Assembly (NCBI GenBank): GCA_036558545.1
Contig: DATBFJ010000029.1
Coordinates: 6,221-70,220 of the forward strand
From: Candidatus Limnocylindrales bacterium
Lineage (GTDB): Bacteria > Chloroflexota > Limnocylindria > Limnocylindrales > CSP1-4
DNA: 64,000 nt
Reading direction: 5' to 3'
The position numbers and the translations under genes were made by a program. Positions 1-8,184 of this stretch are shown here, piece by piece. Within the stretch, counting starts at the first letter, position 1. Every line of letters begins with the position of its first letter. The notes beneath the pieces are model-generated. The model was not told the DNA's origin. It saw only the letters and a list, made by a program, of their open reading frames with translations, and did no database searches.

Positions 1-100
1 GGTCAACGTATCGCGCGGCATCGCCGCCGCCGCGCTCAATGATGGCGATCCTGCCGTGGCCATTGCGGCTGCGGCTTCTCATTGGGCGCTCAGCCTCCAG

Positions 101-109
101 TGCTAGGAT
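101..109 (+). promoter_or_regulatory. Extended -10-like box TGCTAGGAT, 6 nt upstream of tatA ATG (possible leaderless promoter)
   Basis: TG-n-TAGGAT at 101-109. Only gaatcg separates it from ATG 116, with no Shine-Dalgarno in between. Confidence 0.3.
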
Positions 110-115
110 GAATCG

Positions 116-364
116 ATGCCGTTCAACATCGGCCCGTTCGAACTCCTGATCGTTCTCGTACTGGCACTGCTCATTCTTGGGCCGGGCAAGCTGCCCGAGG
201 TTGGCAATGCGCTGGGCAAGACGATTCGTGAGTTCCGCAAGGCCTCGAGTGATGTCGAGGAGGCCGTTCGGATTGAGCCGGCAGCAGCACCTGCGACCGC
301 CAAGCCAGTCAACACCGTCGCTGACACGACAGACACGGCCGCCGAGGACCGCACGGCCAGCTGA
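116..364 (+). CDS. tatA: Twin-arginine translocase subunit TatA/E
   Basis: 82 aa. N-terminal TM helix plus amphipathic helix (GPFELLIVLVLALLILGPGKLPEVGNALGKTIREFRKA) is the TatA signature. tatC follows. Confidence 0.9.
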   Translation: MPFNIGPFELLIVLVLALLILGPGKLPEVGNALGKTIREFRKASSDVEEAVRIEPAAAPATAKPVNTVADTTDTAAEDRTAS

Positions 365-426
365 GCGACCTCTCAACAGCGGAGCACAACTCCGCGCCTG
401 TCCCGGAGGAGGGCGCACCTCTGAAC

Positions 427-1191
427 GTGGACGAGCCAGGCGACGAGAAGGTCATGACCGTCGTCGAGCATCTTTCTGAGCTCAGACGGCGCATATTCAT
501 CTCGATCCTGGCGGTCGTCATCGCCTCGATCGTGGGCTTCTTCGTTGCGCCCGACCTGATCCGCATCCTCAAGGACCAGGCGCCGCTCGACAAGCCCCTC
601 ATCTTCACCACTCCCGGCGGTGCCTTCTTCCTGATCATCAAGCTCTCGCTCATGGTCGGCATCGCGCTCGCTTCGCCGGTCGTGCTCTACGAGCTGTGGA
701 GCTTCATATCGCCCGGCCTGACGCCCAGCGAGCGGCGCCAGATACGACCATGGGTGCCGCTTTCGCTCCTGTTCATGGCACTCGGGATTGGCGTGGCCTT
801 CGTCACTCTGCCACTGGCATCAGGTTTCCTGCTTGGCTTCGCCATACCTGGGCTGGTGGAGCCGCTGATCACCGCGGATGCCTATTTCGGTTTCGTCACG
901 ACACTGTTCCTGGCCTTCGGCCTGGTCATGCAGTTCCCATTCGTTGTCCTGCTGCTCTCGAAGGTCGGCATCGTCACCGCCGACCAGTTGCGCAGGAACC
1001 GGCGCTACGTGCTGCTCGGCATCGTCATATTTGCCGTGGTCATCACGCCCGGCGGAGACCCCTTCAGTCCGACGATCATGACCCTCGTCATGTACCCGCT
1101 CTATGAGTTGAGCATTCGGCTCGTTGCCCGCGCCAACACGCCCACGCATGCGCCGGCCACGTCTGCACCCGGCCCGGCGGCAGCCAAGTGA
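427..1191 (+). CDS. tatC: Twin-arginine translocase subunit TatC
   Basis: 254 aa polytopic membrane protein with HLSELRRR near the N-terminus and TatC-like TM pattern. Lies directly downstream of tatA. GTG start at 427, alternative ATG at 454. Confidence 0.9.
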   Translation: MDEPGDEKVMTVVEHLSELRRRIFISILAVVIASIVGFFVAPDLIRILKDQAPLDKPLIFTTPGGAFFLIIKLSLMVGIALASPVVLYELWSFISPGLTPSERRQIRPWVPLSLLFMALGIGVAFVTLPLASGFLLGFAIPGLVEPLITADAYFGFVTTLFLAFGLVMQFPFVVLLLSKVGIVTADQLRRNRRYVLLGIVIFAVVITPGGDPFSPTIMTLVMYPLYELSIRLVARANTPTHAPATSAPGPAAAK

Positions 1192-2096
1192 GCGAAACGC
1201 AGCAGGGCCACGGCTCGCGAGCGAGGTCGCAGCCGCACGTCGCGATCATCAGTGGCCTTTCAGGGGCCGGAAAGACGGCAGCCAGCAAGCTGCTCGAGGA
1301 CGTTGGCTACCGCGTGATCGACAACCTGCCGGCGGAGCTCTTGCGCCACCTGGCACAGCTGGTTGCGCGCGAGACGGGTGAATTCGAGCGTGTAGCGCTC
1401 GTGCTCGACGCACGCACGGGCAATCCCGCGCTGGCCTATCGCGAGGCTGTGCGTGCCCTCGAGACGCGCAACATTGCGCCCCAGGTCTTCTTCCTCGAGG
1501 CGCGCGACGACGTGCTCATCCGCCGCTTCAGCGAGACACGTCACCGTCACCCTCTGACCAGCGCGCAGGGCGGTGTCGCCGAGTTCATCGAGCGCGAGCG
1601 CGATCTGCTCTCGGAGATCAGATCAGAGGCGGACGTGATCATCGACACGTCCGAGCTTTCGGGTCGACAGTTGCGCGAGCGCCTGTACAGCGCCCTGGAT
1701 CTGCCGGAGGATGGCCAGACACTCGGCGTGGCGCTCATCAGCTTCGGCTACAAGCACGGCATTCCCCTCGAGGCGGACATGGTCTTCGACGTGCGTTTCA
1801 TGGAGAACCCTTTCTACATAGACCGTCTGCGACCGCAAACCGGTCTGGACAGTGAGGTGCGCGACTTCGTCCTGACCAAGCCGATCACACAGCGTTTCGT
1901 CGACGACGTGACCCAGTTCCTGGAGCTGGTAATCCCCGGCTTTCGCGACGAAGGTCGGGCGAGGCTGACGGTCGGCTTTGGCTGCACCGGCGGCCAGCAC
2001 AGGTCCGTGGCCATCGCTGAAGAGGTGGCGCGGCGCCTGCGCGACTCGGCTGCGGCACCGGTCACGATCTGGCACCGCGAGCTCGAGCGCACGTGA
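1188..2096 (+). CDS. rapZ: RNase adapter / nucleotide-binding protein RapZ (YvcJ)
   Basis: 302 aa with Walker A GLSGAGKT followed by LEDVGYRVIDNLP. Part of the conserved rapZ-yvcK-whiA trio. Overlaps the tatC stop by 4 nt. Confidence 0.9.
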   Translation: MSETQQGHGSRARSQPHVAIISGLSGAGKTAASKLLEDVGYRVIDNLPAELLRHLAQLVARETGEFERVALVLDARTGNPALAYREAVRALETRNIAPQVFFLEARDDVLIRRFSETRHRHPLTSAQGGVAEFIERERDLLSEIRSEADVIIDTSELSGRQLRERLYSALDLPEDGQTLGVALISFGYKHGIPLEADMVFDVRFMENPFYIDRLRPQTGLDSEVRDFVLTKPITQRFVDDVTQFLELVIPGFRDEGRARLTVGFGCTGGQHRSVAIAEEVARRLRDSAAAPVTIWHRELERT

Positions 2097-3448
2097 CCAC
2101 CGCTCGCGAATCAAACGCCGCACTGCCTGCCCGCGAGCGACGGCTTGCGTTGCGCCGGTGGTTGCAGCCAGGCATCGGCATCAAGCGCTGGCTGCTCGTT
2201 GCGTTTGTCGGCGAGATCCTGATCGCCCTGGCCGCCGCGCTGGTCCTGAGGCCCATCCTGGCCCAGTCGAGACCTGACAACAACCAGCTCGACATCCTGA
2301 GCGTGATCACCCTTCAATTCCTGGACCCCGACCTTCGCGCGCTGGTCTTCTTTGCAATCGGTGCCGTCTTGTTCGTGTATGGCGGCTGGCGCGTCCTGCG
2401 TGCGCTCGTCGAGCCGTACCGCATGACGGACGAACCACTGGCGGATCTCCTGTACCAGCGTCGATCGAGGGCGCGCGGCCCACACATCGTGGCGATTGGC
2501 GGCGGCACAGGTCTGTCCGTGCTGCTGCGCGGTCTCAAGGAAGTGACGAGCAATATCACGGCGGTCGTGACTGTCGCTGACGACGGTGGCTCGTCGGGCA
2601 AGTTGCGAACGGAGATGGGCGTGCCGCCCATGGGCGACATCCGCATGTGCATCGCCGCACTCGCCGACGCAGAGCCGGCTATGAGCAGCTTGCTCCAGTA
2701 CCGATTTCCCGCGGATAACGACGCGGATCCGCACTTCGCCGGCCACGCATTTGGAAACCTCTTGATTGCGGCACTGACGGATGTGAACGGCGACTTCGAG
2801 GAGGCCGTGCGCCAGTCGAACCGGGTCCTGGCCGTCCGTGGCAGCGTCGTACCGGTTGCAGGTGAGCCGATCACGCTGCACGCTGAGCTGGACGATGGCT
2901 CGGAGCTGGAGGGCGAGTCCCAGATCCAGTACGCCCGGGGCATCAATCACGTGTGGATCACGCCTGACGATATTCGGCCAACGGAGGAGGCGTTGACCGC
3001 CATCGCCGCGGCCGACGTCGTCGTCATCGGTCCGGGAAGCCTGTACACGAGCCTGATGCCGCCGCTGCTCGTGCCGGGCATGCGCGAGGCACTCGCGCGA
3101 ACAAGCGCAGCGCGCGTGTTCGTGTGCAATGTCGCCACGCAGCTCGGCGAGACCGAGGGCTACGGCGTCCTGCGCCACCTCGAGGCACTCGCCCGGCACG
3201 GCCTGGGTGATCTCGTTGACGTGGTGCTGGTGAACGACAACACGCACGCCAGGCAACTGCCCGACGACCCTGCATCGCCGGTTGAGTTGGACGTGGGCGT
3301 GGCGCGCCGTGGCCTGCCCATGATCATGTCGCGTGACGTCGTCGACGACGACAACGCCCACAAGCACGACGCGCGCAAGCTGACCGCCGCCATCGTCGAC
3401 CTTTACGACGAGCGCACCGCGCTGCGCGATCCGGCCACGGCGGCCTAG
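2093..3448 (+). CDS. yvcK: YvcK/CofD-family gluconeogenesis factor with N-terminal membrane anchor
   Basis: IVAIGGGTGLSVLLRGLK and VADDGGSSGKLR motifs. About 125 extra N-terminal residues contain two hydrophobic helices. GTGA overlap with rapZ. Confidence 0.85.
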   Translation: MTTARESNAALPARERRLALRRWLQPGIGIKRWLLVAFVGEILIALAAALVLRPILAQSRPDNNQLDILSVITLQFLDPDLRALVFFAIGAVLFVYGGWRVLRALVEPYRMTDEPLADLLYQRRSRARGPHIVAIGGGTGLSVLLRGLKEVTSNITAVVTVADDGGSSGKLRTEMGVPPMGDIRMCIAALADAEPAMSSLLQYRFPADNDADPHFAGHAFGNLLIAALTDVNGDFEEAVRQSNRVLAVRGSVVPVAGEPITLHAELDDGSELEGESQIQYARGINHVWITPDDIRPTEEALTAIAAADVVVIGPGSLYTSLMPPLLVPGMREALARTSAARVFVCNVATQLGETEGYGVLRHLEALARHGLGDLVDVVLVNDNTHARQLPDDPASPVELDVGVARRGLPMIMSRDVVDDDNAHKHDARKLTAAIVDLYDERTALRDPATAA

Positions 3449-3452
3449 AGGT

Positions 3453-4244
3453 TTGAGCGCGGCTGAAGCAAGCGATCTCGTCGCGGCGTTGCGCGCCGAG
3501 CTCGCGGCGATCGAGCCGGCGCGCCGTTGCGACCGGCTGGCGGAACGGACCGGATTGGGCCCCGCGGCTCAAGGCAGGGCCAAGTCCCCGTTGCTCGGGC
3601 GGCTCGCCGTGAGGCTCGATGATTCGGCAGCGGCCGAGCACTTTGATTGGGACAAGGCCGCCGATCACTGCCGCGTTGCGTTTCTGCGCGGTGCCTTTCT
3701 GGCACGTGGCTCACTGAGCGTTACTGGTTCCGGCACGCATCTCGAGCTCGTGGTCGACGCGGCGGAGCTTGGCGCCATGACCAACAGAATGGCTGCGCTT
3801 GGGTTGCCGGCCGGAGCGCGAATCAGGCGGGGCAGGGGAGTCCTGACGTGGAAGGGGGCGGACGCAGTAACCGAGTTTTTGCGCCGAATCGGCGCCTCCG
3901 CCGCCACGCTGGAACTCGAATCGCGCCTCGTCCATCGCGCGTTGACCGGCCACCTCAACAGGGTGGTCAACGCCGAGAACGCCAACCTGCGGCGCGCGGT
4001 CGTTGCCGCGCGCCGCCAGCTGGCCGAGATCGACGCCCTCGAACAGCGTGGCAAGCTGCGCCGCTTGCCAAAGGACGCGCGCCGTGTCGCCGTCGAGCGG
4101 CGCCGCGCTCCCGAAGCGACCTTTTCCGAGCTAGCCGCGAAACTGGACATGTCGCGCAGCCAGGTGCAGCGCGCTTTCGAGATGATCGGGAGCGCGGCCC
4201 TCCACGTCACCGACGAAACAGAGTCCGCACCGAGGTACACATGA
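3453..4244 (+). CDS. whiA: DNA-binding protein WhiA (short form)
   Basis: Position after rapZ-yvcK. C-terminal HTH region (FSELAAKLDMSRSQVQRAF) and central GSLS...HLELV segment. At 263 aa it is shorter than the usual ~310 aa. Confidence 0.75.
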   Translation: MSAAEASDLVAALRAELAAIEPARRCDRLAERTGLGPAAQGRAKSPLLGRLAVRLDDSAAAEHFDWDKAADHCRVAFLRGAFLARGSLSVTGSGTHLELVVDAAELGAMTNRMAALGLPAGARIRRGRGVLTWKGADAVTEFLRRIGASAATLELESRLVHRALTGHLNRVVNAENANLRRAVVAARRQLAEIDALEQRGKLRRLPKDARRVAVERRRAPEATFSELAAKLDMSRSQVQRAFEMIGSAALHVTDETESAPRYT

Positions 4245-5035
4245 CCGCAGGCCGGCCGGTGATCATCGCCGGGAATTGGAAGATGAACACGACACCGCTC
4301 GACGCGGCGATGCTGGCCAACGAGATCGCCGCGGTCACAGACGTGCCCAACGTCAAGCGCGTGATATGCCCGCCCTTCGTGTGCCTCGATGCGGTGAGTC
4401 GAGCGCTCAGTGACACCACCGTCGACATCGGTGTCCAGAACGTCCACGCCGAGCCCTTCGGCGCATACACCGGCGAGGTCTCGGCACCAATGGTCAACAA
4501 GCTCGCGACGTGGGCGATCGTCGGCCATTCGGAGCGCCGTCGCGACCAGGGCGAAAGCGACGAGCTGATCGGGCGCAAGCTGCTGCGCTGCACCGAGTTC
4601 GGGCTGCGGCCGATCCTGTGCGTTGGAGAACAGCTCGAGGAGCGCAAGGACGGCACGGCCGAGAAGTTCGTACGCGACCAGCTGAAGCGCACGCTGGCCG
4701 AGCTGACGCGGGCGTCCGCGAGCCTTCCCGAGGACCTGGTCATCGCCTATGAGCCGATCTGGGCGATCGGGACAGGGATGACGGCACGGGGCAGCGATGC
4801 GGCGACCATGGCCCAGCTCATCCGCGACACGCTGTCCGCCCACGGCCTGGGCAGCGGCGCGAACGCTGTCCCCGTTCTTTATGGGGGCAGCGTCACCAGC
4901 GCGTCGATCGACGAGTTCCTGAATGAGCCGGACATCGACGGCTCGCTCGTGGGCGGCGCGAGCCTGAAGGTCGACGAGATGGCGGGCATCGTCGCCCGCG
5001 CCGGCCTCACCGCCCAGGCTCGGGCGAATGCCTAG
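4241..5035 (+). CDS. tpiA: Triosephosphate isomerase
   Basis: IIAGNWKMN, IVGHSERR and AYEPIWAIGTG motifs. ATG at 4241 overlaps the whiA stop (ATGA). The longer 3647 ORF in the same frame is an upstream read-through. Confidence 0.93.
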   Translation: MTAGRPVIIAGNWKMNTTPLDAAMLANEIAAVTDVPNVKRVICPPFVCLDAVSRALSDTTVDIGVQNVHAEPFGAYTGEVSAPMVNKLATWAIVGHSERRRDQGESDELIGRKLLRCTEFGLRPILCVGEQLEERKDGTAEKFVRDQLKRTLAELTRASASLPEDLVIAYEPIWAIGTGMTARGSDAATMAQLIRDTLSAHGLGSGANAVPVLYGGSVTSASIDEFLNEPDIDGSLVGGASLKVDEMAGIVARAGLTAQARANA

Positions 5036-6563
5036 ACCTCGTCCGCTCGTCCTCGTCGTCCTTGACGGCTTCGGCATCGGCCATCGACCTGAAGCGGACG
5101 CGATTGCCGCCGCGGACATGCCGGTCTGGCGCGGTCTGCTCGACAAATGGCCGCACGCTCAACTTGGTGCATCAGAGGAGGCCGTCGGCCTGCCGCCCGG
5201 CCAGATGGGCAACAGCGAGGTGGGGCACCTGAACCTGGGCGCCGGACGGCCGGTGATCCAGGACCTGCCCAGGATCGACGCCGAGATTCAAGACGGCTCG
5301 TTCTCCAACAACCCCACGCTGGTCGATGCAGTCAAGCGCGCCGCAATGGGTCACCGTCTGCACCTGATCGGCCTGCTGGGGCCTGGCGGCGTTCACTCCG
5401 TCGATCGTCATGCGGTGGCCATCGCCCGTCTCGCGCGTGAGCACGGCGCCAGGGACGTTGTCGTTCACGGCATGCTCGACGGCCGCGACACGCCACCGCG
5501 CTCGGCCGACGAGTTCGTCCCGGACTTCGAGGAGCGCCTTCGCGACGCTCATCCGGACGCGCGCATCGCCACGATAGGCGGCCGCTACTGGGGCATGGAC
5601 CGCGACCAGCGCTGGGAGCGCGTGCAGCGCGCATATGGAGCGATCGTCGACGGAGTCAGCGATCGCAAATCCTCGAGCGCGACGGGCGCAGTGCTCGATG
5701 GCTACGCCCGGGACGAACGCGATGAGATGATCCAGCCAACGGTCATCGTCGGCATCGACGGAACGATGCACGACGGTGACGTCGTCGTCCATTTCAATTT
5801 CAGGGCCGATCGTGCACGCCAGCTGATTCATGCCTTTGTCGACGGCGACGAGTTCGACCGCAACTGCTTCGATCGGGGAGTGCGCCCGCACGACCTCCTC
5901 GTCGTCACGATGACGGAGTACGAAGCCGGACTGCCCGTCGAAGTTGCCTATCCGCCGATGACTGTCACAAGCCTCGCCGAGATCTTCTCGAAACTTGGCT
6001 GGCGCCAATTTCACGTCGCCGAGACGGAGAAGTACGCGCACGTCACGTACTTCTTCAACGGCGGCATCGAGCAACCCTTCCCCGGCGAGACCCGAGAGCT
6101 CGTGCCCAGCCCAAAGGTGGCGACCTACGACCTGGCGCCCGAGATGAGCGCGGGCGGCGTCACCGACGCGCTGACTGCCGCCATCCGATCGGGCGACTAC
6201 GACTTTATCGTCGCCAATTACGCCAACGCGGACATGGTTGGTCATACAGGTGTCTGGGACGCCACGGTCGAGGCGCTCGCCTACATCGACGGTTGCCTCG
6301 GACGGGTTATCGCTGCGATGCCAGACGATGGACTCTTGTGCATCACGGCCGACCACGGCAACGCCGACGAGAAGAAGGATGCGGACGGCAGCCCCACGAC
6401 GGCGCACTCGCTCAATCCCGTGCCGGTTGTCCTGATCGGCAGGTCGGTAGCCGGGCGGACCTTGCACGACGGGGTCCTGGCTGACGTCGCGCCTACGCTC
6501 CTGGCGCTCGTCGGCGTGCCACAGGCCGACGGCATGACCGGCCGTTCGCTGGTGAATGGCTGA
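5028..6563 (+). CDS. gpmI: 2,3-bisphosphoglycerate-independent phosphoglycerate mutase
   Basis: 511 aa with VLDGFGIG, GNSEVGHLNLGAGR and ITADHGNAD motifs. Confidence 0.93.
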   Translation: MPRPRPLVLVVLDGFGIGHRPEADAIAAADMPVWRGLLDKWPHAQLGASEEAVGLPPGQMGNSEVGHLNLGAGRPVIQDLPRIDAEIQDGSFSNNPTLVDAVKRAAMGHRLHLIGLLGPGGVHSVDRHAVAIARLAREHGARDVVVHGMLDGRDTPPRSADEFVPDFEERLRDAHPDARIATIGGRYWGMDRDQRWERVQRAYGAIVDGVSDRKSSSATGAVLDGYARDERDEMIQPTVIVGIDGTMHDGDVVVHFNFRADRARQLIHAFVDGDEFDRNCFDRGVRPHDLLVVTMTEYEAGLPVEVAYPPMTVTSLAEIFSKLGWRQFHVAETEKYAHVTYFFNGGIEQPFPGETRELVPSPKVATYDLAPEMSAGGVTDALTAAIRSGDYDFIVANYANADMVGHTGVWDATVEALAYIDGCLGRVIAAMPDDGLLCITADHGNADEKKDADGSPTTAHSLNPVPVVLIGRSVAGRTLHDGVLADVAPTLLALVGVPQADGMTGRSLVNG

Positions 6564-6574
6564 GCCGATTCCCC

Positions 6575-6583
6575 TGCTATCCT
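6575..6583 (+). promoter_or_regulatory. Extended -10-like box TGCTATCCT, 7 nt upstream of secG GTG
   Basis: TG-n-TATCCT with the hexamer at 6578-6583, then ccgcgcc, then GTG 6591. No SD. Confidence 0.3.
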
Positions 6584-6590
6584 CCGCGCC

Positions 6591-6827
6591 GTGACCAACT
6601 TTGTCCTGATCGCGCAGATCCTCATCAGCGCCGCGCTGATGGCCTCCATTCTTCTGCAGTCACGCGGCGCAGGGCTCGGCGCAACCTTCGGTGGCGACTC
6701 GAGTGTCTATCGCAGCCGGCGCGGCATCGAGAAGCGTCTGTTCCAGTTCACGGTCATCCTCGCGATCGTGTTCTGCATTACCTGCTTCGCCAGCTTCCTG
6801 CTCGTGGGAACGACCACCACCCAGTAA
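6591..6827 (+). CDS. secG: Preprotein translocase subunit SecG
   Basis: 78 aa, two TM helices, LLQSRGAGLGATFGG motif typical of SecG. Confidence 0.88.
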   Translation: MTNFVLIAQILISAALMASILLQSRGAGLGATFGGDSSVYRSRRGIEKRLFQFTVILAIVFCITCFASFLLVGTTTTQ

Positions 6828-6870
6828 CCCGTCGGCGCCCAGTCGGGTGTCGGGTCCGATGGGTCGGCCG

Positions 6871-6879
6871 TGCTAAACT
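6871..6879 (+). promoter_or_regulatory. Extended -10-like box TGCTAAACT followed by CGGCC discriminator, ~40 nt upstream of tRNA-Leu(CAG)
   Basis: TGCTAAACTCGGCC. The same TAnACTCGGCC skeleton occurs at 12873 and 53337. Confidence 0.4.
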
Positions 6880-6920
6880 CGGCCCTCGCCTGAGCGCCTA
6901 AAAAGCGTCGAAGGCTGTGT

Positions 6921-7007
6921 GCCGAGGTGGCGGAATAGGCAGACGCGCATGGTTCAGGACCATGTGACCGCAAGGTCGTGTGGGTTCAAGTCCCTCCCTC
7001 GGTACCA
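6921..7007 (+). tRNA. tRNA-Leu (anticodon CAG), CCA encoded
   Basis: 87 nt. Acceptor gccgagg/cctcggt, anticodon stem catgg/ccatg with loop ttCAGga, long variable arm, GGTTCAAGTCC T-arm. Confidence 0.92.
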
Positions 7008-7009
7008 GT

Positions 7010-7094
7010 GCCCAGGTGGCGGAATTGGTATACGCGTACGTTTGAGGGGCGTATGACGCAAGTCATCCGGGTTCAAGTCCCGGCCTGGGCACCA
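7010..7094 (+). tRNA. tRNA-Leu (anticodon GAG), CCA encoded
   Basis: 85 nt. Acceptor gcccagg/cctgggc, anticodon loop ttGAGgg, long variable arm, GGTTCAAGTCC T-arm. Only 2 nt after the previous tRNA. Confidence 0.92.
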
Positions 7095-7107
7095 ACTCCG
7101 CATTGAG

Positions 7108-7137
7108 ACGGCCGCACAATTGCGGCCGTATTCTCTT
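7108..7137 (+). terminator. Rho-independent terminator-like hairpin after the tRNA-Leu pair
   Basis: Perfect 9-bp stem acggccgca/tgcggccgt, loop caat, followed by attctctt. Confidence 0.55.
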
Positions 7138-7232
7138 AAGGAGAACGAGCTGTCTCCGCAGTTGGCCTTCGGCCACTGCTGCGCGCTCGAAGCGACCGCA
7201 CGCTTGCGCGAGCGATCGTGTCTCGCTTGCGG

Positions 7233-7309
7233 GGGCGGTTAGCTCAGTTGGTCAGAGCGCCTCGTTTACACCGAGGATGTCGGGGGTTCGAGTCCCTCAC
7301 CGCCCACCA
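7233..7309 (+). tRNA. tRNA-Val (anticodon TAC), CCA encoded
   Basis: 77 nt. Acceptor gggcggt/accgccc, D-arm gctcagttggtcagagc, anticodon stem cctcg/cgagg with loop ttTACac. Confidence 0.92.
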
Positions 7310-7314
7310 CCGAT

Positions 7315-8058
7315 TTGACGGTCACGAAGTCGGCGAAGCACAGTCCGGAGATGGGCATCGTGCCGTTGTTCCCCAACCGCCCGCCCCGCCGCCACTCGCT
7401 CGATGTCGCGTCACGGGTGGACAAAGCTCGGAAGATCGAACGTCTGCTCGGGATTGGAGACAGGTCCGCGCTGGACGTCCTGGAGATAGGGACGGGTTCC
7501 GGTGCGATCGCTCAATACCTCGGACAGCGCCACACGGTCGATGCCGTGGATGTCGTCGACAGCCGCCTGGTCTTCGACGGCTTCAGGTTCCAGGTCGTCA
7601 AGGACGCATCGCTGCCCTACCCGGATGAGTCGTTTGACGTTGTCATCAGCAACCAGGTCATCGAGCACGTCGGCCCGCGGCCGCAGCAAGCCGTTCACCT
7701 GTCCGAGATGCGCAGGGTGCTCAAGCCGTCGGGCCTGGCATACCTCGGCGCGCCGAACCGGTGGCGCCTTATCGAGCCGCATTACAAGCTTCCGTTCCTG
7801 AGCGTCCTGCCCGAGCGGTTGCGCACGCCGTATCTGCGCGCCGTTCGAGGCTATGAGTACGACGCGTATCCCTTCGAGGCATGGACGCTCGAGCGAATGC
7901 TGCGCGCGGCCGGATTCCGATTTGAGCGACTGGGAGGGGAAGCGGTTCGCGCCACCCTCGCGATCGAACGCGGCCGCGCGTTGCCGTTGCCGGCCGGAAC
8001 GATGACGAGGCTGCAGCCGGTCATGCCGACACTCATCTACAGGCTCCACCGAGCCTAA
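7315..8058 (+). CDS. Class I SAM-dependent methyltransferase
   Basis: Motif I VLEIGTGSGAIAQYL and post-I/II DVVISNQVIEHV. The TTG start at 7315 is uncertain; ATG at 7351 is possible. Confidence 0.75.
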   Translation: MTVTKSAKHSPEMGIVPLFPNRPPRRHSLDVASRVDKARKIERLLGIGDRSALDVLEIGTGSGAIAQYLGQRHTVDAVDVVDSRLVFDGFRFQVVKDASLPYPDESFDVVISNQVIEHVGPRPQQAVHLSEMRRVLKPSGLAYLGAPNRWRLIEPHYKLPFLSVLPERLRTPYLRAVRGYEYDAYPFEAWTLERMLRAAGFRFERLGGEAVRATLAIERGRALPLPAGTMTRLQPVMPTLIYRLHRA

Positions 8059-8184
8059 GTTCGGGGCATTGCGAGAGATGACTTGGCCGGATGACTTTCG
8101 GACCAATTTCAGACGGCAATGACCGCGTAGACTCTCCCGTGCGACGTCGTCATCGTCTCTGACCCGTCGTTAGCCAGGAAGCAG

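Noticed and set aside
2-106. Open frame reaching the left edge (…VNVSRGIAAAALNDGDPAVAIAAAASHWALSLQC*), a possible 3' end of an upstream gene.
   Set aside because: Only 34 codons are visible, with no recognisable motif. There is too little evidence to call a feature.
7150-7242. AAGGAG-preceded CTG-initiated 30-codon Cys-rich frame (SPQLAFGHCCALEATARLRERSCLACGGG) between the terminator hairpin and tRNA-Val.
   Set aside because: It needs a rare CTG start and runs into the tRNA-Val gene. The region is equally well explained as GC-rich hairpins in a tRNA precursor spacer.
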